Part shown: in pieces, positions 9,064 to 11,689 of the stretch
How positions within the stretch are numbered: the first letter of the stretch is position 1
Layout of the letters: every line of letters starts with the position of its first letter
Assembly: GCA_016748015.1 (NCBI GenBank)
Contig: JAAOMT010000293.1
Coordinates: forward strand, 1 to 11,689
DNA: 11,689 nucleotides
Direction: 5' to 3'
Source: Geosiphon pyriformis uo1
Taxonomy: Eukaryota > Fungi > Glomeromycota
Made by a program: the position numbers and the translations under genes
Notes under the pieces: generated by a model
Seen by the model: the letters and a program-made list of their open reading frames with translations, nothing else
What the model was told of the DNA's origin: nothing
The model's database searches: none

Positions 9064-10773
9064 TTGTAGAAATTTAAAATATAAAGCTAATTTTTTTAAA
9101 AACTTTCTAAATAAGACCTTATATTATTATTTTTTATATAGCTTTAAGTTTTTTAAACAAGTACAGACTGAAAATAAAATTGTATTTTTAATTTTTTAAA
9201 TGCTTTAATATTGTTAATTATTTTTTTAAATATAAATATATAAATTTACAGATTACTAGTTAAATTTTAAAAAATTTATTACAGTTTTCTATTAAATTGA
9301 AAATTAGTTTAAATTATATTAAATTGCAATGTTTTATTAGTAATCTTTTTTTTTGTATTTTATGATTTTAATAATTTTTTTGTTTTAAATATTAAGTATA
9401 AAGTTATATTATAAAATAATAAGTTCTTTAAAAAAAATTGATGTTATTTTTAGTAAACAATTATTAGATCAAAATAGACAAATTTTTAAATAAAAAATTT
9501 TTATTATTAAAAAAACTTAATTTTAAAGATCCTAAGTTTTACTAATTTACTGTTATTACAAATTTTTTTTAAAATAAAATTTTTTTTATAGCTTTTTTGT
9601 TTTTTATTTAAGTTCTAATTATTAAAGTATTTTTAATTTAAGTAATTTATTAATAATTAAAAATGTTTAATAAATATAAGACTGTTAATTATAAATATTT
9701 TTACAAATAATTTTTTAAAAAAATTAAGATTTTGTGTTGTATTCAATAAAATTATTATACACTTTAATGATTAAAGTTTAAATATTGGTGTTTAAATTAT
9801 TAGTTTAATGTTATTAATATTGATTAAACTATAAATTATTTTTTTAATTCTTAAATGTATTTTTTTTTTAATATAATTAATATTTATTTTAAAATTAAGC
9901 AGTTTTTAATACTTTTGTATTTAAACTTGGTTTGTTTTTACTTAATATTTATAATTAATAAGATGAATTAATACTATATATTTATTGTATAATATTTAAA
10001 TTTTTATATAAGCTTTGATTTTATTAGTTTAATATAAAATCAATTTGTAAACATATTTAATAAAAACTATATAAAGATTGTTTTTTGTTGCTGTTTAATA
10101 ATAATTATATAATAAGCAATATTTTAAGATAAGTTGGTTATATATATAATAATATTGAATTTTTATATCATATTTTTATATATAAGTTAAATATTAATAT
10201 ATACTTAAATGTATTAAATAATATATTTAATTTTTTATTTTTTATTTTTAATATATTGTTTTTATTATTATTAATATTATATTTGCTTGATTTTAATACT
10301 ATAATAATTTATTATATACTATGATATACAAAAATATTTTATTAAATATCTAATATACTAAAATTGTATTAATATTTAAGAATACAAAATAGTTTAATTT
10401 GTATTTAGTGCTTTTTATTTATTTTTTTAATAAAAAACCACAAAAAAAAATATAATTATATTGATTTAAATATAAAACTACTATAATAATTTATATAGTT
10501 TAATTAAATATTTATTAGATAGTATTATTTTTATGCTTAATATAAATAAAACTATAATTATTAATTTTGGTTTATATAATAAATATTTGTTTTTTTTTGG
10601 CTTAAATAATAGTATTAATATTGTTATAAATATATAATATCGTCTTAATTAGTTTAAATAATTGGTTATATATAGCAAAATATAAGTTATATTTTACTGT
10701 AAATACTTAATTTGTTTATATAAACTAAATAGTAATTAAACTATATTCTGTAAATATTTTAATAATAAAAAAA
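9064..10773 (+). mobile_element. Second, more decayed LINE 3' fragment (LINE-B), related to LINE-A from ~7000 onward
   Basis: TATAGCTT-N17-TACAGACTGAA occurs at both 7066-7101 and 9137-9172. SLKKIDVIFSKQLLD (~9425) matches SLKRFKMAFVEQLLD (~7392). RNase H IFTNNFL at 9697. 9808-9831 matches 7774-7797 at 23/24. Knuckle remnant IEFLYHIFIY near 10155, stop at 10635-10637, homologous 3' UTR, and tail AATAATAAAAAAA at 10761-10773. Confidence 0.88.
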
Positions 10774-10842
10774 TTTAATTTGTCAAATTTTTAATTATTA
10801 TGTATTTAATTTAAATTTTTTTCGAATTTTTGTTTTATAAAC

Positions 10843-10869
10843 TACAGTCAAATTTTTATAAAAAAACAC
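10843..10869. repeat. TA target dinucleotide plus candidate terminal inverted repeat CAGTCAAATTTTTATAAAAAAACAC
   Basis: TA at 10843-10844 followed by CAGT, the usual pogo/Tigger terminus, just past the transposase stop. The partner TIR is outside the window. Confidence 0.65.
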
Positions 10870-11689
10870 AATTAGAATATACAAATTATGTTTTATTTTA
10901 AAAATATTTTATTATAGAGTTTTATAATTGTTATTTATTTTTTAGAAACTTCTTTTATTTTTTATATTTATATAATTTTTTTTAAGTAAATTTTGGTTTT
11001 CTATATATTAAAATTTTTTTTTGTTAATTGTTTTTTAAATCTAATTATCTTTTTTAATGTTTATATATTTTTGTAATTGTAATTATAGCAGATAAAAATT
11101 TTTTAATTTTTTTTCTAAGTTATTAATTATATTAATTTCAATTTAAGTAGCTAAAATTATATCTACAATTTTATTATTATTAAGAATATTTTTAGTTGTC
11201 AATAATTTATCAATTATTACAGTATAATTTTCGAAATTTTGACCAATTGTTATGTATTTAATAATAAATTATTAAATATATTTATAGTAATTAATGTTTT
11301 AAATTCTTGATTATAGAAAAAAAAAATTATTTTTTGTTAATTGTTTTAAATTATAATAAATATTACTTAAAATTATATTGAATAACATAATCAATTTTTT
11401 TTTATGTTTAATTTATTTTTAAAAAATAAATTAATATTAGATAAAATTATATATATTATATTATTTAACTATTTAATATTAATTTTTTGTTCAAATTATT
11501 ATAAAATATGTTGACAATATAAATACTTATATTTGTTTTTGAAAATTTTCAATAATATTAGCATCTATTAGTTAAAAATATAATATTGTATTTAAAAAAA
11601 ATAGTATAAAGCAATATTAATTAATTGAAATAAATATTTTTTAATTGAATATAATAAGAAGTTAAATAATTAACCAAAAATAATATATA
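10845..11689 (-). mobile_element. Degenerate pogo/Tigger (Tc1-mariner superfamily) DNA transposon, 3' end; continues beyond the window
   Basis: Minus-strand DDE_1-type transposase remnants end ~50 bp before a TA-flanked CAGT-starting terminus. Confidence 0.8.
10893..11689 (-). pseudogene. pogo/Tigger/CENP-B-like DDE transposase, C-terminal half (decayed)
   Basis: ILFLVNYLTSY (ILLLVDxxxSH; D->N at 11671), FLNTILYF*LIDANII (PPNTTSHLQPMDAGII; D at 11565), FKNKYKYLYCQHIL, KLNIKK-IDYV, a formerly acidic tail, and terminal KK*ITIIKLY. Confidence 0.8.

Noticed and set aside
11218-11244. Second TA+CAGT TIR-like sequence
   Set aside because: It has the same orientation as the 10845 terminus, and the minus-strand transposase reads through it (QNFENYTVIIDK). 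Likely chance, though not excluded.
10793-11262. 17/18 direct repeat at 10793-10810 and 11245-11262
   Set aside because: Short and almost all A/T in ~90% AT DNA. Only weak similarity extends beyond it, and there is no structural context.

Overview
Extremely AT-rich eukaryotic repeat DNA with no intact genes. It is probably fungal: from memory, and unverified, the decoded peptides resemble Glomeromycotina/Geosiphon-type TE proteins. Almost the whole window is four dead transposons. (1) The 3' part of a Ty3/Gypsy LTR retrotransposon (1-5012, +): protease, an unusual Cys-rich insert, RT, RNase H, integrase, a probable extra post-integrase ORF, the PPT and a ~734-bp 3' LTR with a 12-bp tandem array. 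(2) A LINE (5013-~9063, +) with RT, RNase H and a CCHC knuckle, whose ORF begins exactly at the LTR end. (3) An older, more decayed 3' fragment of a related LINE (~9064-10773, +). (4) A pogo/Tigger DDE DNA transposon end (10845-11689, -) with a TA + CAGT TIR. All four carry saturating C->T/G->A transitions on both strands. CpG is nearly absent (~7 by eye), many non-CpG sites are hit, and catalytic Asp->Asn and Trp/Gln->stop changes recur. The strongest candidate for an undescribed system is this RIP-like, broad-context repeat hypermutation. Ancestral motifs quoted are my back-mutation inferences, and coordinates were read by hand.
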